Source: a virus (Duplodnaviria; Caudoviricetes). Taken from it: a stretch of 64,000 bases of DNA. Positions 51,229 through 60,994 of this stretch are shown here, piece by piece. Position 1 is the stretch's first letter. Each line of letters begins with the position of its first letter. Where the stretch lies: positions 26,461 to 90,460 of IMG/VR virus record IMGVR_UViG_3300014732_000001. One strand, written 5' to 3'. Under the pieces are notes generated by a model. That model did no database searches. It was not told where the DNA came from and saw only the letters and a program-made list of their open reading frames with translations. The position numbers were made by a program, and so were the translations under genes.

Positions 51229-51741
51229 GTGTGTATGATTAAGACTGGTTATACCGCCGATACAAAAGAGTGGAAACGAATCAAAAGACAGCTTCTTGCT
51301 TCAAACAAAAAGAGTTTGCAGATTGGCTGGTTTAATGGAGATTTGCATTCTCAGGCTGAAGAGAGTGGTCCACCAATCCCACTAGCTCAATTAGCTTTGT
51401 GGTTACACAACGGAACAGTGAATATGAGAGGGGCTACAATCCCGCCTCGTATGTTCATCACTGAAGGCTTCATGGTGTACTTAAAGAATAGACCAATCTT
51501 TGAGAACGCTTTGAAAAGACGCCTTCCTTTGGTTATTGAAGGGAGGATGAGTTGGGAACAGCTTTATGCTTCTCTTGGTGACGAGATGGTTGAGTTGCTT
51601 CAGATGGTGATGGACTCATGGTCATACCCACCGAATGCTCCTCTTACTATTGACCTCAAAGGTCGTGATGACCCTCTAGACAAAACAGGAGAACTTATCT
51701 CCAAAGTTAAATGGCGTATCGGAGATAAGGAGTTTGTTTAA
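51229..51741 (+). CDS. neck/tail completion protein (HK97 gp10-like)
   Basis: LH.GT...IPPR.F...PPNAP.TI..KG.DDPL.KTG.L motif. Confidence 0.75.
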   Translation: MCMIKTGYTADTKEWKRIKRQLLASNKKSLQIGWFNGDLHSQAEESGPPIPLAQLALWLHNGTVNMRGATIPPRMFITEGFMVYLKNRPIFENALKRRLPLVIEGRMSWEQLYASLGDEMVELLQMVMDSWSYPPNAPLTIDLKGRDDPLDKTGELISKVKWRIGDKEFV

Positions 51742-52277
51742 TGTCTGTCTACAGTCAAGTCAGAGACGCATTGTTCGATGGCTCTGATGCTCTAATAAAA
51801 AGAACAGAATACACCCCACAGATTATCTTTAGTCACGGTAATGGCTTAGAACCAACTAATGACTACATCGTGATTAACATTCTTGGACTTGAACAAACGG
51901 GAAGAGTTTACAACTCATCTTTGACAGATGGGATTGTGGGGCCGACAGGTCTTAAGTCACACTTCCAAAGCTTCCACGAAGCTCGTGTTCAGTTCAGTTT
52001 TTACGGTAGCAACTCTGGAGATATTGCTGATGTATTCCATCGGTATATCACCAACTACACAATGACTCGTGATGACTGGTGTAGGTTTGGGTTGGCCCCT
52101 AATAGAAAAACACAAGTCGTATACAACCCTCAGTTGAGGGACACACAGTGGGTTGATGCTTTTAACTTCACTGTTACCTTTGCTTATGGCGTGCATGAAT
52201 CTAAAGAAGTTGATTGGGTTGAGCATGTTACAATCAATACAAATGGTAGGTCTTCTACTATTCCACCAGTGGCTTAA
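51741..52277 (+). CDS. tail terminator/neck protein
   Basis: synteny immediately before the sheath. Confidence 0.65.
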   Translation: MSVYSQVRDALFDGSDALIKRTEYTPQIIFSHGNGLEPTNDYIVINILGLEQTGRVYNSSLTDGIVGPTGLKSHFQSFHEARVQFSFYGSNSGDIADVFHRYITNYTMTRDDWCRFGLAPNRKTQVVYNPQLRDTQWVDAFNFTVTFAYGVHESKEVDWVEHVTINTNGRSSTIPPVA

Positions 52278-52311
52278 ATCGCCTTATTAAATAACACAAG
52301 AGGATACGCAA

Positions 52312-53586
52312 TTGGCAGCAATTGACTCTTTTGTTGAAGTGTTTATTACTAAGAACACTCAACAGATTGATATTACATCTTTCAGTATTCCAATGATTCT
52401 TTCTGCCCACGGCCAGTTCCCAGAGCGTGCTCGTGTGTACAATAGCCTCACTGGTGTAGCTGAAGATTTTGGAACTACTTCCACCACCTACATTATGGCT
52501 CAACGTCTGTTTGGTCAAGAGCTTGTTTTCCCGCAGATTGTTATTGGCCGTAAAGATGTTGACCATGACACTGTTACCGTTATTGCAGAAGATGCAACTG
52601 TTTACTCCCTGACCATTGATGGTGAGACTTACAGCTACACTTCTGGTCCAGCAGATACTGAAATTACTATCCTCACTGCATTGCGTGATCTGCTTGCAGA
52701 AGATGGCGTTGTTGCTGTTCTGAATGCAGATGGTGATGAGCTTGCCGTTTACTCCGAAGCTGTAGTAACTGGTAACTCCGATGTAGCTGTTGTTTCCACC
52801 GCAGCAACTGAATCTTACAGCGACGCACTCTTTGCTGTTCAAGAAGAGAATGACGATTTCTACGCTGTTGTAATTGACAGTCACGATGCAGCCGAAGTTC
52901 TTGCCTTTGCTCAGACTATTGAAGGCATGACCAAAATCTTTGGTACTTCTACTTCTGACCGTCAAGTGCTTTCTGCTGCTTCCACCACTGACATTGGTTT
53001 TCAGCTTTATGATCTGAATCTTGACCGAACCTTTGTTATTTGGTCTGCTACTGCTGATACTCAATATCCAGAAGCTGCTTGGTTGCACCAGATGCTTGAA
53101 GTTCCGGGTAGCAATACTTGGGCACTGAAAGAACTTGCTCTTGTCACTGTTAGTCGTCTCTCTGAGACTGAAGTTAACGTACTCAACAGTAAGAATGTCA
53201 ACTACTTCCGCCGTGTTAAAGGTGCTGCCATTATTATGAATGGTCAGATGGCGGGAGGTGAGTTCATTGACGCGACGGTATTCCTCGACTGGTGGAAGGC
53301 TCGTGTTCAGGAAGCGGTGTTCTTCCGCATGATTAACAGCCGCAAGATTCCGTATACCCAGCAAGGTGCAACTTTGATCGAGGCAGAGATTCGTAACATC
53401 AACGCCCAAGGTATTGCTAACGGCGGTATTGCTGACACTCCTGCACCAACTGTTCAATCCCCGAATGTTCTGGCAATTCCAGAAATGATTCGTGCTACTC
53501 GCGTGATGGGCGATTTCATTGTCACGTTTCGTTTGGCAGGTGCTGTCCATAAGGTCAGTGCTATTCGTGCAACCGTTTCTGTTTAA
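52312..53586 (+). CDS. tail sheath protein (DUF3383-like), TTG start
   Basis: 424 aa; TWALK, N..N.NY, FID...DW...Q motifs; synteny. Confidence 0.85.
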   Translation: MAAIDSFVEVFITKNTQQIDITSFSIPMILSAHGQFPERARVYNSLTGVAEDFGTTSTTYIMAQRLFGQELVFPQIVIGRKDVDHDTVTVIAEDATVYSLTIDGETYSYTSGPADTEITILTALRDLLAEDGVVAVLNADGDELAVYSEAVVTGNSDVAVVSTAATESYSDALFAVQEENDDFYAVVIDSHDAAEVLAFAQTIEGMTKIFGTSTSDRQVLSAASTTDIGFQLYDLNLDRTFVIWSATADTQYPEAAWLHQMLEVPGSNTWALKELALVTVSRLSETEVNVLNSKNVNYFRRVKGAAIIMNGQMAGGEFIDATVFLDWWKARVQEAVFFRMINSRKIPYTQQGATLIEAEIRNINAQGIANGGIADTPAPTVQSPNVLAIPEMIRATRVMGDFIVTFRLAGAVHKVSAIRATVSV

Positions 53587-53596
53587 GGAGAAGTAA

Positions 53597-54121
53597 ATGT
53601 CTGCAAATATTCTTTCTACCTACTTCCCTGAAGCAGTTAGTATTGTTCTTGGTAATGATAACTTCAGTCATGTCGTAAGTGGCGTTGCTGAAGGCACTTT
53701 CATTACTATTGCTCGTGAAACCCCGGCTACCCAGTTGGTGATTGGTGGTGACATGAGCGCCATGCGTGTTCGTCGTAAGAACCGTGCCTCTACTGTCACT
53801 GTCACCCTGATGCAAGGTAGTGACTCGAATGACGTTTTCAGTCAGATTCTGAAGAACGATGAAGATGCAATGAACAACGATTGGCTGTTCCATCTTACCA
53901 TCAAAGATGGCTCTGGTCGTTCTGTATTCTTCAGCCCACAAGCATACATCGCCAACATGCCAGACATTTCGTTTGGTACTGAAGGTGATAACCGTGATTG
54001 GGTTATCCAGTGTATTGACCTCGACTCTCACGTTGGTGGCGGTGGTCTGCTGGATGCTGCTAGCGTCAACACTCTTGAAGATGTTGGCTACGATGTAGCT
54101 GAAGACTGGAAGACTTCTTAA
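53597..54121 (+). CDS. tail tube protein (DUF3277-like)
   Basis: follows the sheath; TY.PEAVSIVLG...VTLMQGSDSND. Confidence 0.8.
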   Translation: MSANILSTYFPEAVSIVLGNDNFSHVVSGVAEGTFITIARETPATQLVIGGDMSAMRVRRKNRASTVTVTLMQGSDSNDVFSQILKNDEDAMNNDWLFHLTIKDGSGRSVFFSPQAYIANMPDISFGTEGDNRDWVIQCIDLDSHVGGGGLLDAASVNTLEDVGYDVAEDWKTS

Positions 54122-54124
54122 TTG

Positions 54125-54148
54125 AAGGGGAGAAATCCCCTTCCTTCC
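54125..54148 (+). terminator. terminator-like hairpin
   Basis: AAGGGG-AGAAAT-CCCCTT. Confidence 0.55.
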
Positions 54149-54163
54149 TAACAAGGAGTTAAT

Positions 54164-54652
54164 ATGGACCTTTGGACATATAGCCCAGAAGAGGTGACGA
54201 TTCTTGTAATGGGAGTTCCGTTGGAAGGTGTTGTTGATGGTACATTTGTTTCTGTAACAAGACAAGCACCCGTCTTTACATCATCTTCCACGGCAGATGG
54301 TCGTGTAACCAGAACTTACAATGCTGCCGATATTTGGGATATTCAGTTTACGCTGATGAATACAAGCCCTTCAAATGGATTCCTTGATAAGCTAGTTCTT
54401 CTTGATCGTGTGACGAAGCGTGGTAAGTTCCCATTAATGATTAAAGATGGTTTTGGTGGGACATTGATTTTCTCCACAACCACTTGGATTGAAGAGCTTC
54501 CATCTATTACTTATGGTGTTGAGATGACAGAGCGTGTATGGACACTCAAGAGCGCAAATGCTGTTGTTAATATCAATGGAAACGAAAGTCCAAGCTCTAT
54601 GGCTGAAGATATTCTTGGTACTGTAGCATCTGCTCTACCCGGCATCCTATAG
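54164..54652 (+). CDS. tail tube-like protein 2
   Basis: TYSPEEVTILVMG; paralogous to the tube protein. Confidence 0.7.
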   Translation: MDLWTYSPEEVTILVMGVPLEGVVDGTFVSVTRQAPVFTSSSTADGRVTRTYNAADIWDIQFTLMNTSPSNGFLDKLVLLDRVTKRGKFPLMIKDGFGGTLIFSTTTWIEELPSITYGVEMTERVWTLKSANAVVNINGNESPSSMAEDILGTVASALPGIL

Positions 54653-54660
54653 GTGATTAA

Positions 54661-55182
54661 ATGGCAGCAGATATCCTTACATACAGCCCAGACCAAGTAG
54701 CTCTTATCTTTGGTGGATACAGAGTTAGTGGTTGGAATAGAATTGCCATTCAACGTAATACAGAGTTTGTAAAACAGATTCGTGGTATTCGTGGTAAGCA
54801 CGCAAAAGAAATCAGTCGTGATACATCTTGTACCATCCTACTCACTATTCCACAAAGTACAGAAGTCAATACAATTCTCGGAAAAGTGCTTGAGCTTGAA
54901 CAAACCTCGAAGGGAAAAGTTAGGCTTGAAATAATGCTTAAAGATGAGGCTGGTGGTTCTGTATTTACATCGGTTGAGTGTTACATTGGTGGATGGCCCA
55001 ATATTGTGTATGGGGCCGAGTTAAACGAAATTGAGTGGAAGTTCCTTTGTGACTCATCTGAGTGGACACTTAAAGGTAACGAAGCTAACAAGAATGCAAT
55101 TACTGACATGATTAGCGGAGCTTTGGGGAGTGCAGGTAGTGCAATCTCTGGAGCTGTTAGCAGTGTCGGTAATCTGTTTTAA
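54661..55182 (+). CDS. tail tube-like protein 3
   Basis: TYSPDQVALIFGG; paralogous to the tube protein. Confidence 0.7.
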   Translation: MAADILTYSPDQVALIFGGYRVSGWNRIAIQRNTEFVKQIRGIRGKHAKEISRDTSCTILLTIPQSTEVNTILGKVLELEQTSKGKVRLEIMLKDEAGGSVFTSVECYIGGWPNIVYGAELNEIEWKFLCDSSEWTLKGNEANKNAITDMISGALGSAGSAISGAVSSVGNLF

Positions 55183-55203
55183 ATAAAACCGGAGGAAACA
55201 ATT

Positions 55204-55503
55204 ATGCAAGAAACTAAAGAAATCACTATTGACGAACAAACTTATATTATCAAGCTGCTCCCTACTATGGATGGTCTTGATTTTATCTCCCGTCTGAACA
55301 AAGAAGGCATGTCGGCTCGTGTAGTATTTGATGCTGTAAGCCGTTGTGTGCAGATTGGTAGTGCATCGTTTAGTGAAAAGAAATTCAACTCTCATTTCCG
55401 TGGACGTTATGGCCACTTGATGAAGCTGGTTGATGCTGTAGTAGAGTTTAACTTCCCCGACCTGAACGAGGGAAACGCCGAAAGCGATACAGAAGACCTG
55501 TAA
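55204..55503 (+). CDS. tail assembly chaperone (gpG-like)
   Basis: position before the TMP; slippery GGGAAAC near the end. Confidence 0.75.
   Translation: MQETKEITIDEQTYIIKLLPTMDGLDFISRLNKEGMSARVVFDAVSRCVQIGSASFSEKKFNSHFRGRYGHLMKLVDAVVEFNFPDLNEGNAESDTEDL
55470..55476 (+). promoter_or_regulatory. -1 programmed ribosomal frameshift site
   Basis: G GGA AAC heptamer; -1 frame is open into 55536-55754. Confidence 0.8.
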
Positions 55504-55754
55504 AGGCTGTATCGCAACAATCTCAAAACCCGAGAATGAATAACATTAGAGACAACTTCTCGGGTGATTACGATGTCATGCGTGTCATCTTCTCTACAGA
55601 CAATCCAATAGAAACTTTATACAACCTTCACCACAAATATTCTACTCCTTTGTTTAATGAGTATCTTGAATATTTAGATGTGCATGAAGAGCTTAAAGCT
55701 ATTGCAAGAACTGAACAAGAGAAAGAGATAAAGTCCAAACAATCAAAACGATAG
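55476..55754 (+). CDS. tail assembly chaperone frameshift extension (gpT-like)
   Basis: in the -1 frame continuous from the slippery site; contains the track ORF 55536-55754. Confidence 0.7.
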   Translation, partial: RRKRYRRPVKAVSQQSQNPRMNNIRDNFSGDYDVMRVIFSTDNPIETLYNLHHKYSTPLFNEYLEYLDVHEELKAIARTEQEKEIKSKQSKR

Positions 55755-55766
55755 AGAAGGTGGAGC

Positions 55767-57851
55767 ATGGCTGGACCGATTTCATCCTTTTACGCTCAGG
55801 TGGGGATTAGCACTCGCATTCAAGATTTGCGAAAAGTTGATCGCTACCTGAAGCATGTAGAGACTAAACTAAAGAGATTTGAGAAGCTTTTCAGCAAGAA
55901 TTTCTCTCTCGGTATTTCCTCATTCTTTGTTAATGAAAGAAGCTTAAAGCGTACTCTTGGAAATGCTCTCGACAAAGCAAGCAAAGATGTAGTATTTGAG
56001 GTTAGCCGTTTTGCTGTAAATGAAAGAAACCTACGTGCGGCAATGCTTCGTGCTGGGCGTTCCTTTGCAAGAGAGGCTGTTCCTTATCAATCAAGCTTGC
56101 ACAGAGCTAACACCACAGTTACTAGAAACGAACGCCCTCAACTTGCAGACAGGTCCGGTCGTAATTTCATGTATGGCGGTGGAACGGCAGGTGCTTTAGC
56201 GCGTTATGGTGTTGGAAGCGTTCCGTTTATTGGCGGTGCTTATGGTTTGATGCAGCTAAATACTGCTAACCAAGAAGCAATCTCAACCCGATTGACCACA
56301 CAAGCTGTTCTGCAATCTCAGGGTTATACTGAGCAACAAGGAGAGCAAGCTTTTGATTGGTTGAGGAAGCTTGCGAAACTTAATGGTTTCAACTATATGC
56401 AAGCAGCGCCTGACTATAACCAGTTCTTGTCTAACGCACTGGGTGCTGGGATGAGCTTAGGGGGAAGTCAGGACATCTTCAAAGGTTTCAGCGAATATCA
56501 GACCGCGATGGGTGTAACTCCTGCACGTCGTAAGTTGGTTAACAACGCCCTTAGTCAGATGCTCGGTAAAGGCACTATCAGTATGGAAGAACTGCGTCGT
56601 CAAATGGCTGAAAGTATGCCGGGGACGATGAGTATCTTTGCTGAAGCTTTGGCACAGAAGACAGGTAGTGGTCTTACTGGTCAAGCGGCTCTTGCTGCCC
56701 TGTATGAAGCAGTTCCTACAGGGAAACTAAAGGCTGCTGATCTGCTCCCTATCGTCTCTCAAGTTATGTCCCAAAGAGCTGCACCTAAAATTGAAGCTCT
56801 TCGTAAAACCTCGATGGCTGAACAAGGCCGTGGTGGTAGTGTAATTCAAGACCTTTTGTATGCGTTCTCCCGTTCAGGTGGTGAGGAGGGTTTTGCTCGG
56901 TTCTTCAGAACTGTTACAGCAGCCGCTGAAAAATTAACCCCGGTTGTTGAGGGATTGGGACGAGCTTTTAACTGGATGAGTAAGCAGATTGAAGCACCTC
57001 TTCTCGTTCTTGGAGATTTAGGTACACACTTTAAAAATCTCCAGACTACAATGAATGCTCTGCATCCAGACGCAATGAAATTTGCCGCTGTTGGAACTCT
57101 GTTGATGACATCTTGGGGCAGATTGGCTGCTGTATTTAGTGGTGTCTTCCTTGTGCTCGAAGATATCTCTGCTGGTATTCTTGGTTATGACAGTTATACG
57201 AAAGACTTCTTCACCTTCCTAGAAAAATTCGTAGAATTTGATAAGGGTATTATGGGTGTTGCAATGGCGTTTCTCGCTGTGGCAGCGGCCCTAAAGATTG
57301 CTTCTGCTGTAGCAAAAGGCTCTATGTTGGGTAGTGTTCTTAAAGACACAATTCCGGGAGGCTCTGATGGTAAATCTGGATCAAAGGGTGGTGGCTGGAA
57401 GGGTGGCCTAGCCTTCTTAGGAAGCCTCGCCCCAGGCGCTGCCGCTGTTTTTGGTGCAGAATGGTTAGCCGAGTATGCAGGGTTCTATGAGCGCATGGAT
57501 GCTTATAGGGAAGCCCAGAGCACACCAGAAAAGAAAGCTGCTTTTATGCAAAGCAAAGCTGCTGGTCAGTGGAATGGGATTGATGATTATCTTGCTTTCC
57601 AAGCCGACAAGCGTGCTGCTCTGGAAGAAGATATCAAAGCTGGAATCATTACACCAGAACAAGCTATGTCTCAAATGGGTATGACTAACAGCACATCTAA
57701 TACTATCACCAACACCTTTGAAATCAAAATTGATGGTGTGATTGATCCTGCAAATATGGAGAACATCTTTAATCAAGAGATTCTTCCTCAGATTGAAGGG
57801 TGGTGGACGAACCAGCTTGGTGAAGTTGATATATCTTACGGGAGTAAATAA
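55767..57851 (+). CDS. tape measure protein
   Basis: 694 aa helical; ALSQMLGKG.ISMEELRRQMAE..PG tape-measure motif. Confidence 0.9.
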   Translation: MAGPISSFYAQVGISTRIQDLRKVDRYLKHVETKLKRFEKLFSKNFSLGISSFFVNERSLKRTLGNALDKASKDVVFEVSRFAVNERNLRAAMLRAGRSFAREAVPYQSSLHRANTTVTRNERPQLADRSGRNFMYGGGTAGALARYGVGSVPFIGGAYGLMQLNTANQEAISTRLTTQAVLQSQGYTEQQGEQAFDWLRKLAKLNGFNYMQAAPDYNQFLSNALGAGMSLGGSQDIFKGFSEYQTAMGVTPARRKLVNNALSQMLGKGTISMEELRRQMAESMPGTMSIFAEALAQKTGSGLTGQAALAALYEAVPTGKLKAADLLPIVSQVMSQRAAPKIEALRKTSMAEQGRGGSVIQDLLYAFSRSGGEEGFARFFRTVTAAAEKLTPVVEGLGRAFNWMSKQIEAPLLVLGDLGTHFKNLQTTMNALHPDAMKFAAVGTLLMTSWGRLAAVFSGVFLVLEDISAGILGYDSYTKDFFTFLEKFVEFDKGIMGVAMAFLAVAAALKIASAVAKGSMLGSVLKDTIPGGSDGKSGSKGGGWKGGLAFLGSLAPGAAAVFGAEWLAEYAGFYERMDAYREAQSTPEKKAAFMQSKAAGQWNGIDDYLAFQADKRAALEEDIKAGIITPEQAMSQMGMTNSTSNTITNTFEIKIDGVIDPANMENIFNQEILPQIEGWWTNQLGEVDISYGSK

Positions 57852-58676
57852 ATGTCGTTAGTTTTACAGTTTGGAAACAACGGTGGTCCTGAAGATATTA
57901 GCGCTGTCTACTACATCAACGCTGTAGAGTCCTATACAAAGACGGTGAACGGTAAGCTATCCAAGCATCCTTTGGACTCTGGCGTAAGCATATCAGACCA
58001 CTTCATTTCAGAAAATATGACGTTCAATATCCGTGGAGTTATTACCTCTGCGGATATTACATTCGCAGCATATACCACAAATTTTGCTGCTGTTGGTGCA
58101 AACAATATTCAAATGGGTGAACCACCGATTGCCGTTACGGTGGATGATGGTAAGACTCTTTTGAATAAGTTCCTGCCAGATGTGATTGGTCAATTCCTTT
58201 CACCTGTCGAACCAGAAGTGTTTGGTGACGAATCTCCTGTTGCAGAAGCAGGTCCATCTTTCTCAGAATTTATCGAGAAAATGATTCTGGATGTCATTTA
58301 CAATCCTGTATCACAGACATACAGAAATAGTATTGTCCCTGTATCTTTGTATGAGATGGAGGGCAACCAATATAGTAAAGCGCCCTACACCAACCTTGTC
58401 GTAACAGATTTTAGGGTAAACGAAACCCCTGACACCGGAAATGGCTGTCATTTTGATATGACTCTTGAACAAGCTCGCTTTGTTGAGATTCGCAAAGAGG
58501 AGCTTCCAGAGGATGTATCTGAAGACATTCAGAAACAAGCCGCTGCCACTTCGAACAAAGGAAAGGCTGACTCTACAGAAAAGCCTGTGCCTGAATCTGA
58601 TGAGGATAAGAGTGACCCAAACGCTCCAGCACGTCGGAGCATCTTAAAGAACAAATTTGAACCTACGGAGGGTTAA
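57852..58676 (+). CDS. distal tail/tube initiator (Dit-like) protein
   Basis: HPLDSGVSISDH motif; follows the TMP. Confidence 0.7.
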   Translation: MSLVLQFGNNGGPEDISAVYYINAVESYTKTVNGKLSKHPLDSGVSISDHFISENMTFNIRGVITSADITFAAYTTNFAAVGANNIQMGEPPIAVTVDDGKTLLNKFLPDVIGQFLSPVEPEVFGDESPVAEAGPSFSEFIEKMILDVIYNPVSQTYRNSIVPVSLYEMEGNQYSKAPYTNLVVTDFRVNETPDTGNGCHFDMTLEQARFVEIRKEELPEDVSEDIQKQAAATSNKGKADSTEKPVPESDEDKSDPNAPARRSILKNKFEPTEG

Positions 58677-59000
58677 ATGAATTACGTTAGTTTACCTCTG
58701 TATCAGGAACAAGATTACTTTTACTCTGTTGTGCTAGACGAAGTGGCTTGTGTCTTTCGACTCTACTATAACCAACGAGTAGATGGATGGTTCTTTGATC
58801 TAAGAGAAGAAGGTTCAACTGATTATTTTGTTCAAGGAGAAAGATTGGTTCCGCTTTACCCAATCCTTCTTGACTACACACATCTGCCATTCTCAGGCTT
58901 TCTTTGGTTGGAACCTGTTGGTGATAGTGTTGAGAAGTTTAGAACTGACTCTTTCAGCTTGTATAAATGGTTCCGTTTGTTCTTTATTACTGATCTTTAA
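58677..59000 (+). CDS. baseplate component
   Basis: V.LD...C.FRLYYN.R.D.WFFD; synteny. Confidence 0.7.
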   Translation: MNYVSLPLYQEQDYFYSVVLDEVACVFRLYYNQRVDGWFFDLREEGSTDYFVQGERLVPLYPILLDYTHLPFSGFLWLEPVGDSVEKFRTDSFSLYKWFRLFFITDL

Positions 59001-59016
59001 ATTAATAGGAGGGTGG

Positions 59017-59892
59017 ATGCCTTTACAGACTAATAGGATTTACTCTCTTATTGTTGGTGATGTCAAAACAGGAGATGGATGGGAAATCACTGATCTTCAC
59101 ATCACCTTCGATATCAGCAAAATGAGTGACAACAAACAAAAGAACAACAGTGCGACGATTGAAATATACAACCTATCCAAAGAGAAACAAAGATTCCTTG
59201 AAAGAAAATACATTGGTCTTGTTCTTAGTGTAGGTTGGTTGGACACCGGACTTAAGCGTCTTTTTGCAGGCCAAGTTACAGAAGCATCTACGAGAAAATC
59301 TGGTGCTGATGTGATCACCATTCTTAATGTTGGTGTTGACTACGTTGAACTTAATCATCAAACAATCAGTAAGCTTGTCCCAGAGGGAAGAACTTACGAA
59401 GACGTCATTGAAGAGATTGCCAAAGAAATTGGCACAAGTCGTAACGTAATCACAGGTGTTAACTGCAAGAATCCTGTTATTGACGGATATCCGCTCTCAG
59501 GCACTCCGCGTCAAATGCTTGATGAAGTGTGTAGAGCTAATCAAATGGATTGGTCGATTGACGATAAAGTGCTGTATGTAAGCGACACCACCGAAAGTCA
59601 CACAACTGATATTAATTCTGTTGTTGTAATTAGCCAGTCTTCAGGCTTGCTGGACCGCCCCTATCTTACAACAGGGGATGTGAACAGGTCTGTAAAAGAT
59701 AAAAAGAAAAAAAGAGGATTACAGTTCCGTTGCCTCATTATCCCAGAGTTGGTTGCTGGCTCTCTAATCAAACTTGAGTACGAAGAGCTTACCGGCTACT
59801 ACCGCATTGACTCCATGAGAATTAAAGGTGGTTGGCGTGTAGATGATTGGTCTATGGATATTAAACTTACAGAGAAGATCGGGAGCGTATAA
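59017..59892 (+). CDS. baseplate hub protein (start MPLQT)
   Basis: ITFDI.K...N.ATIEIYNLS...LFAG motif; GGAGG RBS. Confidence 0.8.
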   Translation: MPLQTNRIYSLIVGDVKTGDGWEITDLHITFDISKMSDNKQKNNSATIEIYNLSKEKQRFLERKYIGLVLSVGWLDTGLKRLFAGQVTEASTRKSGADVITILNVGVDYVELNHQTISKLVPEGRTYEDVIEEIAKEIGTSRNVITGVNCKNPVIDGYPLSGTPRQMLDEVCRANQMDWSIDDKVLYVSDTTESHTTDINSVVVISQSSGLLDRPYLTTGDVNRSVKDKKKKRGLQFRCLIIPELVAGSLIKLEYEELTGYYRIDSMRIKGGWRVDDWSMDIKLTEKIGSV

Positions 59893-60608
59893 TGGCACAA
59901 GAAAAATCTCTGCAAGGGACATTGACTAAGAATTTCTGGAGCGGAATGGAGAATGTTTACACATCTATCCCCGGTATTGTTGTTCGAGTAAGAGACAATC
60001 TTCAAAACCTTGCTATTGATGTTCAGCCTGCAATCAACATCAAGAAAGAAGACGGCACTGTACAAGATCGTCCAGTAATCCTGAATGTCCCAGTGCAAAT
60101 GCCGTCTGGACGTGAGGGTGGGCTGACTCACAACATCTCTGTTGGTGATCCTGTTTGGCTAATGTTTTCAATGGTGGGTATTGACCTTTGGAAACGTGGT
60201 AACGGTATGCCCACAACTTCCTCCGACTTTAGGAAATTTGATAAAAGAGATTGTGTTGCCATTCCCTCTCCATTCCCGTTTAGTGAAAGTGTAAACAACC
60301 CAGAGAAGCATTTGTGGGAACACAATCCTAACGATGTGGTTCTATACCATGGATTGGGCAGTGCTGAAGAGACAGAGATTCGTTTACATCGTGGTGGTGG
60401 TGTAACTATTAACACAAACCAAGAAGTAACTGTTAATGCTGATGTAGCCCAAGTGAATGTTAAAACTTTGCTTGTAGATGCTGCTCACACGGATTGGGTT
60501 GGTAATATCAACTATGTCGGAACTCTGACTATCAATGGTGTCCCTTACCAATCTCATATTCACAGCGGAGTTCAATCTGGCCCAAGTAACACCGGAGGAG
60601 TTGTTTAA
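59892..60608 (+). CDS. baseplate central spike (gp138/gpV-like)
   Basis: DVQPAI...VPV.MPSG...VGD.VWLMFS; C-terminal HIH metal-binding tip (SHIHSGV). Confidence 0.85.
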   Translation: MAQEKSLQGTLTKNFWSGMENVYTSIPGIVVRVRDNLQNLAIDVQPAINIKKEDGTVQDRPVILNVPVQMPSGREGGLTHNISVGDPVWLMFSMVGIDLWKRGNGMPTTSSDFRKFDKRDCVAIPSPFPFSESVNNPEKHLWEHNPNDVVLYHGLGSAEETEIRLHRGGGVTINTNQEVTVNADVAQVNVKTLLVDAAHTDWVGNINYVGTLTINGVPYQSHIHSGVQSGPSNTGGVV

Positions 60609-60979
60609 TGGACCTATTAATGGATATTAACGGCACTGGAGATATGGTGTTCGTTAACGGTGCAGCTCCACGTACCTACATTGAAGCAGATGTTGTAGCT
60701 CAAAGACTTGCCATCCACCTCAGAACCTTTCGAGCCGAGTGGTTCCTAGATGAACCTTACGGCGTTCCATGGTTTGAGATTCTTGGCACTAAGAAAACAA
60801 AACAACAAGTGGATGCAATCTTACAACGAGAAGTGTTGTCTGTTCAAGGGGTCAGAGAGATTGTCTCTTGGGCGAGCGAGATTGATAACGTCAACAGAAA
60901 CTATAGCTGTAAATTCACAGTTAAAACAACAAACGGTGGTTTGACCAATCAAATCATTGTCAATTCACCAACTACTTAA
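60608..60979 (+). CDS. baseplate wedge protein (gp25-like)
   Basis: VAQRL...LRTF..EWFLD..YGVPW. Confidence 0.8.
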   Translation: MDLLMDINGTGDMVFVNGAAPRTYIEADVVAQRLAIHLRTFRAEWFLDEPYGVPWFEILGTKKTKQQVDAILQREVLSVQGVREIVSWASEIDNVNRNYSCKFTVKTTNGGLTNQIIVNSPTT

Positions 60980-60994
60980 AGGTAATTAAATTTT

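Noticed and set aside
52258-54265. 430-aa and 234-aa antisense ORFs
   Set aside because: Shadows of the sheath and tube genes; no recognisable domain.
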